Notes: a model not told the origin generated them from the sequence alone. A stretch of 64,000 nt of DNA from Octopus vulgaris (GCA_951406725.2 OX597837.1:18042001-18106000), one strand, 5' to 3'; counted from the first letter of the stretch, positions 39,213 to 53,189 are shown. A program made the numbers and translations.

Positions 39213-42200
39213 GCACAGGTGTTGCTGTATGATAAGAAGTTTATTTCCCAACCACATGCTTTTGGGTTCAGTCCTACTGTACATTTATTAAGTGTCTTCT
39301 ACAATAACCCTAGATCAACCAAAGCCTCAGGGGTGAATTTGGTAGATAGAAACTGGAAGAAACCTGTTGTGTGTGTGTATGAGTGAGTGCATGTGTGTGT
39401 TGCCTTTATATCGTGTGATAGTTGTAAATGAGTGTCACCATTATGCATGCAGTGTCCTTCATTTTCAGACTTGCATGAAAGTATGTCTAGTTATCAGGAA
39501 ATATTGCCTTGCTTTGAAACTGGAGAGGGTTGGTGACAGAATGGGCATCTGGTTATAAAAAAATCCACCTCAGCAAATCCTGTCTGACCCATGCAGGCAT
39601 AGAAAAGTGGATGTTATAATGACGATGATGACATGCATGCATGCTCACACACATGATTAAATGTGTATATAAGGTTATGCATAAGTATTTGCATATCTGT
39701 TGTAATTTTGAAATATTTTTTTTCTCAGAAAAAATTAATATTATTCTCTCTACTTGTTGATACAAAAGCAAATAAGTAAACCAGCTTAACTCTTCAGTGT
39801 AGCACTTTTACTGAGAGGAGTGGCAATCATCAATTGCATTGCCAAATGAAAATTGACTTATCTTCTATTATAATTTCATTGACATCTCAAGCATTATAAG
39901 AATAATTAGTACTTTATTTTATCAACTACAGAAGGATGGAATCATCCAGGCAACTAAGAACAATTGTCTTTCACAGAACAAGTACAAGCACTTCTTTTGT
40001 TTGAACGTTTTCAGGTTCGATACTGCTATTTGATTGCATGTTTTTGTCATTTTTGTATAAAAGTCGACTCCAGTAGGATTTGAACTCAGATTGTAAAGGA
40101 CCTTAACTAAATGTCACTAGTCATTTTATCTCATGTGCAAACAATTTTATCAGCCCCTACTGTTTGATGTAAGTTACTGCTGTAGGTAAAATGGGTTTAA
40201 ACTTAACAGTAAACCAATAGTTCTTGAAAAGTATGTACAATGATTCTAAACAAACTGCATTAGTTACTTTTACAAAACTTTCTTGGAAGTAGTAAACTTG
40301 CTAAAAAGCAAACTGCGGGGCAGAAGAGCAGATACTAAAACTTATGAAACTGTTCCCCTCTGACATTACACCAAACTTTTAAAGTTATAAAGATAGCATC
40401 ATTTAAGTCTGAAATCCATAAAATAGGAAGCACAAAACTGCTTCAAAATTGATGTAGTGTTTGTGTGTGAAGCATCTATTGGACATCTATTCTTAATACA
40501 TATGAGTGAATGAATATTCCAAGTTGTAGACACTGGTATTGTATGTAGGTCGCTGAAATATTGTATCATAAGGGCAAGTCTTTTCAATCAGGTCATAGGA
40601 TGATTACTCTGAAATTTGGTCTTTTAGCTCCAGACACAAAAAAAAAAAGCTATGACTGATCCCTTTCTCTCCCATTTCATCTCATTCTGCCTTGTTCTTT
40701 CATTCATCATAAAAATACATCAATAAATACTGGAAAAGTTACTGATTAGAAATATCTATGTAGAATATTTATGTAGATATTTTGAGAAAGGAAAACGATG
40801 TTTTCAATAAACAAAAAAGAATGTAAGAGTTAAACTGTATTTCAGGTTCAGTATTTTGTACATTTTTATTTATTAATTACTGTTCTTAATAAACAAGAGT
40901 TGGGCTAGATACTGTTGCTAGCATATATTTATATATTCATCTGTGGTCATATTCACAGGAGTGTGTGTGTACACACACACACACACACACACACTCCTTT
41001 TAATTAATAGAACTTTTATTTCTCTGGTACCTCAAGTTTTCCTGTTGACAAAGATCAGTTTTATAATCAGAATTCAAAATATTAACTCCACTTCCCTAAA
41101 AATTGGGAGAGATAAAGAGTGTGCATGTGTGTGTTTCTGTGTAATATATATTAAATGATGATGATGATGATGATGATATATATTTATATATATCATTTTC
41201 ATCATCATTTAACATCCGTTGTCCATGCTTGCACATATATATATGTATACATACACACGCATACACATACATGCACATATGTATGTACACGTGTATTGTA
41301 CCATAGTTACAATCCATGCCATCAGTCTTCTCTCTTTCCATCCACAATTCTAATGATAATGTCTGCCACTTCCATAACAAATATAATGAGAAAAACCATT
41401 GTTAATTTCACATTTCAAAGGGTTATTGTTTCTTTCTATTGTTTTTGTATTGTAGCAGCACTGTGAGGTGTGGGCAGGAGATGGTATATTATTGGTGGTT
41501 CCATCAATGGCATTAACATATCAGAAGATTTATCTTGTCTGTTCTCCTCAATAGCTCTCTTTGGAATTCTTTGACTTTTCTGTCTGCCAGAGAGAGAGAG
41601 GGGGGGGGAGGAAGAGAAGGAACATTAAGGATTTAATAGCCATAAAGAGATTGATCCATTGTCTATTAAAAGCTGAGCTATGGCTGATCTGATATGTCAT
41701 GGATTCCTCTTTCCTTTCTTCTGGACCCTCTCCTTTCTCTCCTCTCTTTCTCCATTCTGCCCTTGTTCATTCTCCTCTTCTCCACACTGTGTGTGTGTGT
41801 CCCCTTGTTTTCATTGTCTTCCTGCTAGAATTCACAGCTAGAAGTCTTTATCTATAATATCCTTTACTTTTAAACTGTTTCTCAATTGTATCTATATGTA
41901 TATAGATGTGTGTGTGTGTGTGTGTGTGCATGCGCATGTGGAAGTGTGATTATCATCATTTTATATCCATATTTTTTATGTTCTATGGCCAGGTACTTTG
42001 CTGAGCTGCCAGACATTTTTGTTAATGAACAATATAGGGACATCACTGCTGCCCAAATGGTTGTCAGTGCAAAACCAGAGAGAGGGAAACACACACACAC
42101 ACACACACACATATTTATTTTATAGATTTTATGTTTTAACAATGAAACTTCACTTTTGCTAATTCATAGATAGCTTCTCTGAAACTGTTTGCTCTTACAG

Positions 42201-42634
42201 TTATATTTAGCCCATAGGAAATCCTCTTTGGATTTTTGATATCTTTCATCTTTGATGGCAAAAGAGACTGATAGAATAAGTACTAGGCTTACAAAGAATA
42301 AGTCCCAGGTTCGATTTGCTCGACTAAAGGTGGTCCTCCAGCATGGCCGCAGTCAAATGACTGAAACAAGTAAAAAGAGTAAGAGTATGTATGTGTGTGT
42401 ATGTGGAGAAAGAGAGAGAAACAAACAAACAGACAGAGACTGATACAGGTGTATCAAATACTATACCTCGTAAATTTTTTGATTTATTAAAATTATCTCT
42501 GCTCTAGATGTTAGAGGATATTGATGCATACTCTAGAGGTAGAGAAAATTACTAAATAGCAATTAAGACCAGTGCCATATGAGAAGGGAAGATAATTTCA
42601 AGAATCAAGATTCTCCTAAATCAATGTGCCTTAA

Positions 42635-42855
42635 CCTTTTAGCATTTAAACTGACCAAATCTAGCTCAAATATTCAACATGTTTTACATTCAAACTGGCT
42701 ATATCTCAACCTCTCACATCTAACCTACACTAACATTATAAAAATAAACAATCACACCATCAAAACCTCATAGCTATGATATAATGCATAATTAATTCAA
42801 AACAGTTTGAATAAAAACACATTACATTTGACAGAGTAATCTCAGCACTAATGGA
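42635..42855 (-). mobile_element. piggyBac-type MITE, third copy
   Basis: Flanked by TTAA at 42631-42634 and 42856-42859; reverse complement of the 18393 family. Confidence 0.7.
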
Positions 42856-44429
42856 TTAAAGGAAAAAGACAGCTTTGGACACATGTTTCTGGCTTAATGA
42901 CCATCATCAGCACAGCAATTGTCCAGCCCTATCTCTAGTAACGGAGGGACATAGACTTATGCAAAAAAAGTAGAACATATTTATGGCCTAAGTAATTTGT
43001 GCCATTTAAACAGAAATGAACTAAGGGAAATAACTCAAAGTGGATAGTGGCATGTATATAAATGACATAGACAAATACAAGTCTTACGGCAAAAGTCCCT
43101 TGTTTTTCAAATACAGCTACTAAATCTTTTGCTTTGCATCATGAGTATCATGTTTTTGGTTTCTGCACCCACAACATGAAGCATTTTTGGTATGGTTCAG
43201 TGATTTGACAGGGTTCATGAGTTATTGTAAGTTCATTTTAATTCCTCCTGCCTGCATATCCTCCTTTGTATTAATCACCTGCCTTTACTGCAAAACAAAA
43301 GTTACAACAACCCAAGGAATGATATTGTAACCAATGCCCTTTGATCATTTACTCTTGTATTTCTCTGGTGGTTTGCCTTACTCATTTCAATACCAAAAGC
43401 AACACATGACAGATGTGTACATATTGTTCCTCTCAAAGGTGATGAATTCCCTCACACATATCTGATAGGGTTTCTTTTGATTGTTCATTTCCTCCTTTAA
43501 GAAAATTTGAAATCTTCTGAGGTTTTTTAGGGAACAAAGACAAACTGCCTTTTTCTTTGCTTGTTCTTGTGTGCAATCATCGAGCAGAAAGATGCTATTT
43601 TGCAAAACCTCTCTTATCTACATTGCCGTTTTCTCAGCAAAAAGTTTCATGTTTGAGTATTTTGCATTATTTAAAATATTAATGAAGGTGCTGATGCTAT
43701 GCAAAATTGCAGAAATATTTTTGTTTGATGAAGAATGCATGTGGCCTGTTGCTGATGCTGTTGACAACATTCTCATTCAAGATTGTCAAATTTGTTTTTA
43801 TATATTACTGTTTTCTTTTTATTCATATTTAATTTTAATATGTTGCTGAGCAATTAAATTACTATTCTTTTCTTTTTTTTAGTGTTTGTGAAATGTGTTG
43901 TTTTGTTCATTTTCAGTTTTTTTTGGTAGGGTGTGGCTCATTATTTTTCAGTGTGTGACTAATGAAGTAAGAATAAACTTTGTCCAAAAAATACAATTAC
44001 TAACCATATTTTCTTTCTTTTATCAATCTTATAAGGAAAGATTTCAAACTTCCACAATCTGTTTTGTATGTGAGTTGTTGTACCAACTAGTAAAATCCTT
44101 TTCTTGCAAAGAGTGATTTGTAAACAATATCTGCCTCAATATCAGCAGCTAACAATAATAGTTGTTTCTAGCATAGGCACAAGGCCTAAAATGTGGAGGA
44201 GGCTGGTTGATTAGGTTGATGCAAGTTCTTGACAGGTACTTCATTATATCAGCCACAAGAGGATGAAAATGGCTTAAGCTAACCTCAGCTGGATTCCATT
44301 AATGGCTATAACACCATAAGGCATTCTGCTAATCCATTTCCCAAAAGTAAATACTGCAAAGCATGAATTCAGTGTTCTATTTCTGTTACTTTGTCAACAG
44401 TGGTGATGGCAGCTGGGTGGCAGTGATAA

Positions 44430-44875
44430 GAATTTCACTTGAAAAGGCAATTGAGTGGAGAGGGAAGTGCTGTCCTTGAATGAGTTTATTGAAAGGTGGG
44501 TGAAAGTTGCAAAAATGGCAAGAGAGGATGATAACTTTGGAAGTGTAGACCTGTGAGTCAGAGAGAAGGAATTGGAGAGGACACTTGCTCTTGGGGTTTC
44601 AGGGAAATCTCGGACAGTGGGTTCCTCGATTATCCCTAGAGGCCTTCCTGTATCAGGAGGACCACATCCCTATCCCTGCCACTAAAAATTTTTTTTAACC
44701 TTTGTATGCTATGCATGTGTCCCTTCTTTTTCAGTGTATACTGTGTATACTTTCTTTCCACCTTTTTTTTATCATTTCATTATATGTAACCCCCACTCTT
44801 TATGTCTGTCTTTGTATTGTTCCCCTCGTCCTTCACCCTTCTGACAAATAAATGAAATCATTATTATTATTATTC
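44430..44875 (+). mobile_element. L1/Tx1-like LINE 3' end with AATAAA and (ATT)n tail
   Basis: FHLKRQL..EREVLSLNEFIERWVKVAKM resembles Tx1-type ORF2 C-termini; followed by a UTR, AATAAA (~44848) and attattatt. Confidence 0.45.
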
Positions 44876-44919
44876 CTCTCATTCACTCAGCATTACTATT
44901 ATTCCTCTCATTTACTCAG

Positions 44920-45935
44920 TTCTCTTTGTATTTGATTACTAGATATCAAGCTGTAACTAGCAACCCTTGGCAGTTAGCTTCTTTCTTATATTCATTGCTG
45001 TTCCAAGCAAACAGGCTGTCTGTAGAATCAGGAAATTCATCTTCGTATCCATCTTCAACCAACCATTTAAGCTTTTTACAAATGTTCCCAAGGCTCCTAT
45101 TATAATTGGGATTATGATAACTTCATGGCAATTCCATATTCCCTGATGTTTGTATATTAGGTCCTGGTATTTTTCTATTTACTCACATTCTTTGTCTACC
45201 ATTCTTGTATCAAAGTAACAAACAACATCAATTAAGCAATACACTCTTTCTCCTATATTCAGTACAACAATATCTGGGTGTGAATGTTCCATTTGCCATT
45301 TTGTCTCTATTACATTTCATATTGCCTTTACATGGTTGTTTCCAAGGATATCTGTTTTATGATCTTACCATTTTGCTACATGTACAAATCTAGATTTTAT
45401 AACAGATTTACCAGTGCACAATTGTAAATAGCTTTCACATGTCTCCAGTTCTTATAAATTCTCTGAGCAAGTTTGTACATTCAGAGACTATGTGTGCAAC
45501 TATCTAAACATCTTTCTTTACACATTCTACATAATCAAGAGTTCTTTTCTTTATATTTTTCCACCTGTATCTTGTTTTGACTACTTGATCCTACATTGCT
45601 AGGATCAAGCCCTCTATCTCTTTCTTTAAAACTGCCTTCTTCAGCCATTGAAATGACTTCTGATCTTGATACCCTTCAGTACTTTGAAAAGAGTTACCAT
45701 TTAAACTTTTGTTTGCTATCATTGATTTCTAGTTCCAAATCTTCACTTTTCCCTCTTCCTTCAACAAACATCTCCTCTCCTGTTACTGCTATCAAATCAC
45801 ATCATCATTCATTATTAGCAATGTACTTTTTTAAGCTCTGCATTTGCTTCTACACAGTCTTCTACACTTTCTAATTCTCTTCATTGATTCTTTCTCACAA
45901 TGTCTACTTATGGTTGTAAGTCTCTGTAGATAGTC
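44920..45935 (-). mobile_element. Old R4/Dong-like LINE fragment (RLE domain)
   Basis: KYQDL..GIWNCHEVIIIPIIIGALGTF, PDIV, CL.ID and IVAHIVSEC..LAQ motifs paralleling the younger copies; TTA repeats on both sides. Confidence 0.7.
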
Positions 45936-46730
45936 AGTTTATTATTATTTCAGTTTTATCTTTCATCTTTTCAAAATCAATAAAATGCAGTACCAGTGAA
46001 GTGCTGGGGTTGATGTAATCAACTCCCCCAAATTTGAAGCCCTGTGCTCTTATAAGAAATTGTTCTTATTGTTTTTTGTCTTTTGTCCTTTCAGGATTGA
46101 TAAAAAATAAGTACCACTCAAGTACAAGAGTTAATGTAATTGACTAGCCCCCTCCCCTCAAAATTGCCTTGTACCAAATTTAGAAGAGAGAACAATGCAT
46201 GCCATCCTAGTGATGCTGGGGTACAAATATACAAAGCCCAAATATATCAATCATGACTACCTATCTGATAGGAATACACCAGGCACATGTATCACAGCCA
46301 TATGTGCATGACATGAAAACTTCATATCAAAATAAGCAGTGCCTTGCAGGTGGGGCCCTGTTAGAATTTTATTCAGGTCAAGTAGCCCATCCCATTCAAA
46401 ATGTCCCTGAATAAGGTTGTTTGAGTATAATGAATGAAACATCCATGTTCCTTTCCGGAGATGAATTATTCAAATCTCAAAAAAATTCCGCTCAACACAT
46501 GGCTATGCTGCTCTCCTCACTACTCCTGCTTGTGATCAGAGATGCACATATCAGACACTAAGGAACTTACTCAACTGGTTAAGGTCAAGCAACTAACAAG
46601 CAAATCTGTGGTACTGAGCAGAATATTTGCTGTAGCCCATCTTTTATGCCAAGACAAAACATGCACATGTTAACACTTCCAATCAGTTAAGATCAGAAGC
46701 CATGTGAGCAACTACCTGGTACTGCATCAG

Positions 46731-46899
46731 TCAAAATGCTTAGTGGCATGTCATCTGTCATTATGTTCTCAGTTTCAGGGTTGATAAAATAAGTACCAGC
46801 TGAGCACTGGGTTCCCTATAATTGACATACCCTGGCTTCTTTAAATTGCTGGCCTTGTGCCAAAATTTGAAACCGTTGTTGTTGTTCTTCTTCTTCTTC

Positions 46900-46939
<40 letters not shown>

Positions 46940-46940
46940 C
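46731..46940 (+). mobile_element. Meta-like SINE with (GTT)(CTT)(ATT)n tail
   Basis: caaaatgcttagtggc..gggttgataaaataagtaccag..ctggccttgtgccaaaatttgaaac plus triplet tail. Other fragments at 44150-44300 (-), 45990-46183, 49520-49772, 49773-49845 and 39900-40160 (-). Confidence 0.7.
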
Positions 46941-47680
46941 ATTCTCTGTTTGACTTTTACTTTATGTCTGTACAAGTTGGCTCCAAGTCTCACCCAGAGA
47001 CCTCAAGAGACAACAGGTTGGAAGTTCTGTGCCATATATTTGGGGGTTTTTTGTGTTTTTTTTTTGGTGTTGTACTAGTGAATGTCTAATACATAAAAAT
47101 AAAATTTAAAAAAAAAAAATAAATAAATAAATAAAAAAGTTTGTTTTAAACCTTGGGATTACATAGAGAGTATTTTGCGTAGGATATGAGCAGTTCCCAT
47201 GAGCACTATCTTTTGAATTTCTGCCATTTTGGGGTTTCCTGGTATCTGAGTTAGGTAGCAATCAGTCCCTTTCGCTATCATTCCCAGGGCACCTATGACA
47301 ACAGGTATTGTTTTAGTCTTCAGCTTCCACATTTTGCTGATTTCTATTTCAAGATCTTTATATTTGCTCAGTTTTTGGTAGGTCTTGACAGATACGTTTA
47401 TATCGATTGGGACAGTCATATCAATGAGGAGGCATGTTCTTTGTCTGAAGTCTTTCAATATGATGTCTGGCCTATTTGCATCTATCTTCCTGTCAGTTTG
47501 AATGGTGAAGTTCCAGAGGAGTGAGATGTGGTCATTTTCAAGCACTGGAGGTGGATTGTGTTCCCACCAGTTTTTTTCATGGGGCAAATCCAGGTTTTTG
47601 CAAATTACCCAGTGAATATATTGTGCAGCTCTATCATGCCTGTTGAGGTACTCTGTAGGCACTAGAAGACTCTGTAGGCG
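46941..47680 (-). mobile_element. R4/Dong LINE, 5'-truncated, intact restriction-like endonuclease domain plus 3' UTR
   Basis: YLNRHD, RPDII, CLLIDMTVP, KLSKYKDL, IPVVIGALG (RHD / PD..D / K..KY of RLE); bounded by (TAA)n on both sides. Confidence 0.9.
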
Positions 47681-47681
47681 C

Positions 47682-47763
<82 letters not shown>
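47681..47763. repeat. (TTA)n microsatellite separating tandem Dong/R4 copies
   Basis: Directly visible; similar tracts at 46900-46940, 49262-49283 and 49718-49772. Confidence 0.98.
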
Positions 47764-49262
47764 GTGTTTCACATTTGCTTTGTATTTGTACAAGTTGGCT
47801 CCAAGTCTCACCCAAAGATCTCAAGAGACAACAAGTTAGAAGTTCATGCTGGTGTTATGCCTAGGGTGTCGTATATTTAGTCTTGCACATAGTGTTGCTC
47901 TAGAGAATGTTTAAGAAAACATAGAAAAATTATTAGTTTGTTTTAAAATTTGGGACTACTATAGACAGTATTTTACGTAGGAGATGGGCAGTTTCCATGA
48001 GCACTATCTTTTGAATTTCTGCCATTTTGGGGTTTCCTAGTATCTGAGTTAGGTAGGAATCAGCTCCTTTTGCTATCATTTCTAGGGCACCTATGACAAC
48101 AGGTACTGTTTTAGTCTTGAGATTCCACATTTTGCCAATTTCCATTTCAAGATCTTTATACTTGCTCAATTTTTGGTAGGTCTTAACAGATACATTTATG
48201 TCGATTGGGACAGTCATATCAATGAGGAGCCATGATTTTTGTCTTTCAATATAATATCTGGACTATTTGCATCTATCTTTCTGTTAGTTTGAACAGTGAA
48301 GTTCCAGAGGAGTGAGATGTGATCATTTTCAAGTACTGGTGGTGGCTTGTGTTCCCTCCAGTTTTTATCATGGGGCAGGTCCAGGTTTTTGCAAATTACC
48401 CAGTGAATATATTGTGCTACTCTATCATGCCTGTTGAGATACTCTGCAGGTGCAAGAAGACTGCACATGGAGACAACATGAGTAATAGTTTTGTTGTTTA
48501 CATACACATGTTGGGCTATTGCCGTTCTTTAATATGTTGGCCTTGTTGTTCCTTGTAGGTAGGCATTGATCTTGGGCTGCTATGATAAACCCTTCTGTTT
48601 CTGATTTTATGCCAGAAAACACTAACCATTGATGGATAAGGGCTTTGTCAACATCGGTACTATTAGCTCTCTTTGGATATTTGCCATTGAGAGGTTTTCC
48701 TTGCCATTTATCAGTAAGAATCTCTAAGGTAGCAGTTTTAGCATGGGTTTTCATACACTTAGCTTTTTCTGTGTTTGTATGTCTAATTCTGGGATTTGTT
48801 GTATTTGGAATTCACTTAGATATTCCTTTACCTGTTTTGTTACTGGGTATGATGCTTTTTTGTTTTCATGCTTTAAGACAAGTTTTAACATCCAGTCTTC
48901 AGAGTTATTCAAGTAGGTGTTTAGGCCAATTGTGGCAATCTTCATTGTTGATTCCAGTTGTAAAAGTCCACGGCCACCCTCTTTTCTTGGCAGGTAAAGT
49001 TGTTCTATATCTGCCTTAGGGTGGTGCATTCTATGCATTATCAACAATTTTCTTATTTTTCTGTCAAGATTACATATTTCAGAAATTGACCAGTTAATGA
49101 TATTGAAACTGTAAGTCATGGCTGGTATGGCTAGAGCATTGATTGCTTCAATCCTGTTTCTTGCATTCAGCTCTGTCTTGAATATTGCCATTACCCTGCG
49201 ATAACATTCTCTTCTGATCCTTTCCCTCATCATTGAATGTTTGATTCCATCACCTTCAAATT
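47764..49262 (-). mobile_element. R4/Dong LINE, 5'-truncated (RT thumb, CCHC knuckle, RLE), frameshifted
   Basis: RRECYRRV..ELNARNRIEAINALAIPAMTYSF, LYLPRKEGGRGL, ETEGFIIAAQDQ, HVVSMC..L..EYLNRHD, KLSKYKDL; 3' UTR shared with 46941-47030. Confidence 0.9.
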
Positions 49263-49717
49263 TTATTATTATTATTATTATTACTGTTGCTGTTGTTGTC
49301 GTCGTCATTGATTTGCATTTTATTTCATTTTCTAACCAGGTCTCAACTACAGACTTAAGGCATGTGTATATTAGATGGAGAGAAACTTCCTCAGAATATG
49401 GGCAGTTATTAACACAATTTTTTTAATTTTGTAGATTGTTGGTTTCCTAGAGATTTGGTCAAATAATTTGTCACTACCTTTCTACTACTATTATTATTAT
49501 TATCATTGTTATTATTTAAGGAATCATTATCACACCCAGGCAAAATGCTTTGTAGCATTTCATCTGTCTTTACATTCTGAGCTCAAATTCTGCTGAGGTC
49601 GACTTTGCCTTTTATCCTTTCAGGGTTGATAAATTAAGTACTAGTGAAGTACTGGGGTCAATGAAATCAACTTAGCCCTCACCACATAGTCTAGGCCTTG
49701 TGCCTATAGTAGAAAGG

Positions 49718-49765
<48 letters not shown>

Positions 49766-51233
49766 GTTATTAGTTCAAATCCTGCTGAGGTTACCCTTAC
49801 CTTTCATGTGTATGGAGTTGATAAAATAAAATACCAGTGAAGCACCCACTCCAAGTGTCAATCTGTTGAATCCTTTTTAGCTTCAGTACACTGTCTCAGT
49901 GACAATGAGTTCTATTTCCAATTCATGTAATGAGCTATTGTGAAAAAAATCACACTCTTGGGAACTGCATTCTGAAACTGTTCCTTGTTTCAAGTAAAGG
50001 TCAAGTTTTATAGAGACCCAGTTTAAATGCCATGAAATGTGAACAGTGCCACAATAACAATAAAGGGTATTGGTAACCATAATAATATTAGTGGTGGCTA
50101 TAATAGCAGTGGTGGTGGTCATCATTGTTGCTGTTATCTCTTGAATTATGATCAAGATGGAAAAAGAAAATTTCTTGAGAAGTATTAGGATTTTAAGAGT
50201 TGTATTTCAATTATATGGTTTGCAAAGATTAGTGTGATACAAGTAGTGAGAGGATCTCTAAGGAAAAGTAGCTGTAATATTCTCTAAATCTGGACCCTGT
50301 TAATAGTTAAGGGAAAATAGCTGTGATATTAATTAAAACTGAGATAATACTTATATAAACCACCAGCTCAGTCTCAGTTAAACATTCTTTTAAATTTATG
50401 GTATTGTTACAAATATTGAAGTAATGGATCCTATTGCTTAGGATTTCATGTTTTTAGGAATCAGTAATGTGTGTGTGTGTGTGTGTATACCTGTTTACTG
50501 AGATTCTCAGGGTGTGGAAGTAAGGAGGTACAAAAACAAAACAAAGATTACAGAGTAAAAAAGAAACTGAGAAGGAAAAAAACACAATGACAAAAACAAA
50601 CAGATTTATCCCCATTTTGGTATTTGGTGGCGTCTGATGGCGGCTGATGATGTGAAATTACCACAGGAGATTCAGATTCTTAAAATGAAGTCCAGGAAAT
50701 GTTAATTTCTCTTTGGCATTGCTGCTATATGGAGATACTCAGCATCCTCGCCTATTCTTCCACTTCCCCCATCCTGGCCTCCCCCCCTCTCTCACTCTCT
50801 TGTCTTCCCACTTTACTCTTAGCTGGTTATTTCCCTCACCAGTTGGCTGACACTAAATAGGAGCTGCCATGAAGCGAATGTACTCATTGACCTACAGTTA
50901 TCTGAAATATCTTACTACAGAGCTCTGCCCTGTTGGTAACAGTAGCATAAGAGAGAGAGAGTGTGTGAGTGTGTATGTGTGACTCCCCCACACCCAACAT
51001 TACTTACCTAACCAAATAGATATATTTAAATTCATTTCTGATTTCTTTTATCTCCATGACATCTTCCGTCATCCACCAGTAATAAAAATTATATTTATGT
51101 ATATGTATGTTTGTATGTAAGCATGCATGTACCAATATGTGTGTATGTATATACATGCGTATGAGTATATATATATATGTGTAAATACATGCATATGAAT
51201 ATATATATGTATATATATATATATATGTGTGTG

Positions 51234-51324
<91 letters not shown>

Positions 51325-51489
51325 CATCATCATCGTTTAACGTCCGCTTTCCATGCTAGCATGGGTTATATGTGTGTGTGTGTGTCTGCGTCTGTGTGTG
51401 TGTGTGTGTGTAAATACATGTATCCTATCCAAAAGTAAAAGTCTTTGAAAAAATTTTTAAATATCAACTAGATTATTGCTGGAAGATAA

Positions 51490-51700
51490 CAGTTAACACA
51501 GAGTTGCTACCCTCAGCTTCTACCACAGCCTGAAGATGACTCCAGAACCTGGTGTATGCATTCTTCCCTGTGTCCCTGTGTCCAGGGAAGATCTTCAAGC
51601 ACCTCCTTGATCTTGCCACCTGCTCAGCCTTGGTGTTGCAATCAGTGTGGTTAGTGTCTTTCTCAAACATGCCCCACACAGAGCAATTAGGAAGCCAGAA
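51490..51700 (-). mobile_element. maT-like transposase C-terminal fragment
   Basis: FWLPNCSVWGMFEKDTNHTDCNTK...RFWSHLQAVVEAEG, homologous to the end of 38272-39125. Confidence 0.65.
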
Positions 51701-51748
51701 ATTAAGGATGGTGAATTTGTAGAAATATATATATATATGTGTGTGTGT

Positions 51749-52420
51749 GAGGGTACTCAAAAGAAACCGGAATTTTGCAATGTTATTTTATTCACTCTGA
51801 GTTTTACATGTTTACACTTTTGTTGCCTTCAAAGTATTCTCCATTTAAAGCAGAGCATTGGTCCAGTCATATTTTCCATTGTTCCTGGAACTCTTGCGAA
51901 ATGATACCTTTTAATTCTGCTGTCACTTTTTTCTTCACCTCTTCCACATCTGCAAATTCTGTAGCACCAGCTTTCATCACCAGTGGTGACCTTCGAAAAA
52001 AGGTCTGGATCAACTTGTAACTTTTCCTTCATTTCACAACGCGCATTCAGTCATGACTACTTTTGGTCTTCCGTGAGCAAGCAGGGCACAAATTTTGCTG
52101 GAACTCTTCATTGGCAATTCCTCACTCAAAATTCTTTGGCAGGAGCTCCAGGACACAAAAGGTCATATCAACAAGTTTGTCAATTGCTTGGTGATGGTCC
52201 TCCAAGATCAGTTCATGAATTTTCATGATGTTTTCATTCATTCTGGAGGTTGACAGAATACAAGGTTGGTTTTCAAACAAGTAACCATTCCTAAAGCATG
52301 AAAACCACTCGTAAACTTGTGTTTTTCTCATGGTAGTGTTCTTGTAAGTTGTTTGTAGCATCAGAACTGTTTTGGCCACCATTTTCCCTAGCAGAAAACA
52401 GAAAAAGTTTATATTAAACC
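51749..52420 (-). mobile_element. Internally deleted mariner remnant
   Basis: KTQVYEWFSCFRNG (HTH), DPDLFSKVTTGDESWCY, then a jump to the C-terminus ..LDQC..LNGEYFEG; one TIR gagggtactcaaaagaaaccggaattt at 51749. Confidence 0.8.
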
Positions 52421-53105
52421 AATGATTACATACATACATACATGCATACAAACAAACAATAAACTCAATACATGTTTTTTATGTGCTGCTATTATTTTCA
52501 TGTGCTGAGAACATCCCAAACAGTGTTTTATAACACATCTGACATCTCTGCACAGTCATCAGCCACAACCCACATGGCATAATGAACTAGTATTGGATAT
52601 GTATCTATCTAGCCACCCACCAACATACATAAACACATATATACATATTTGAACAGGCAAACAAATGGTATCAGGTCAGGTTATAACCGTAATATATTTA
52701 AACATTGATACAACACGAGGGTAGAATTGAATGTTACAGGACTACAAGAGTTCAATAATAGATCAGTTGTGGAATATTCATAATGGTTATGGTGTATGCT
52801 GGTATTCTCCTGCAATACTTATACAGTAAGTCCAAATTGGACATAAGTATTATGTAAACCTGGTCATCATAGCTAGAATACAAAGCTGGATAAGAAGGCA
52901 GAAAGTGCACAGGTAGTCTCTTATAGCTGTTTTAAGAATAGATGCTCAGATAGGTCATTTCCCAGCAAGCAATTGGCAAATATTATAGTGACCACATGTT
53001 AAACTTGTTAGTCTAACAATATATCAGGGATTGTAATCGCTCAAAAACAGCAGTCGAGAATTCCTCACACTGATCAATCAGTTTTGGCTTTTTCTGTAGC
53101 TTCAT

Positions 53106-53154
<49 letters not shown>

Positions 53155-53189
53155 TATGTGTGTGTATATATACACATGCACACTATGTT

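Noticed and set aside
43100-44150. Possible decayed DDE transposase on the minus strand
   Set aside because: No convincing catalytic motifs or TIRs could be read.
46190-46730. ~540-bp segment with short resemblances to U2 snRNA (atcagttaagatcaga, cctggtactgca)
   Set aside because: Matches are short and lack the U2 5' region and Sm site. Probably an unclassified repeat, but there is no second copy in the window to support a call.
50640-50665. CTGATGA..GAAA motif (ggctgatgatgtgaaattacc)
   Set aside because: No stem II, stem I or cleavage triplet; likely chance.
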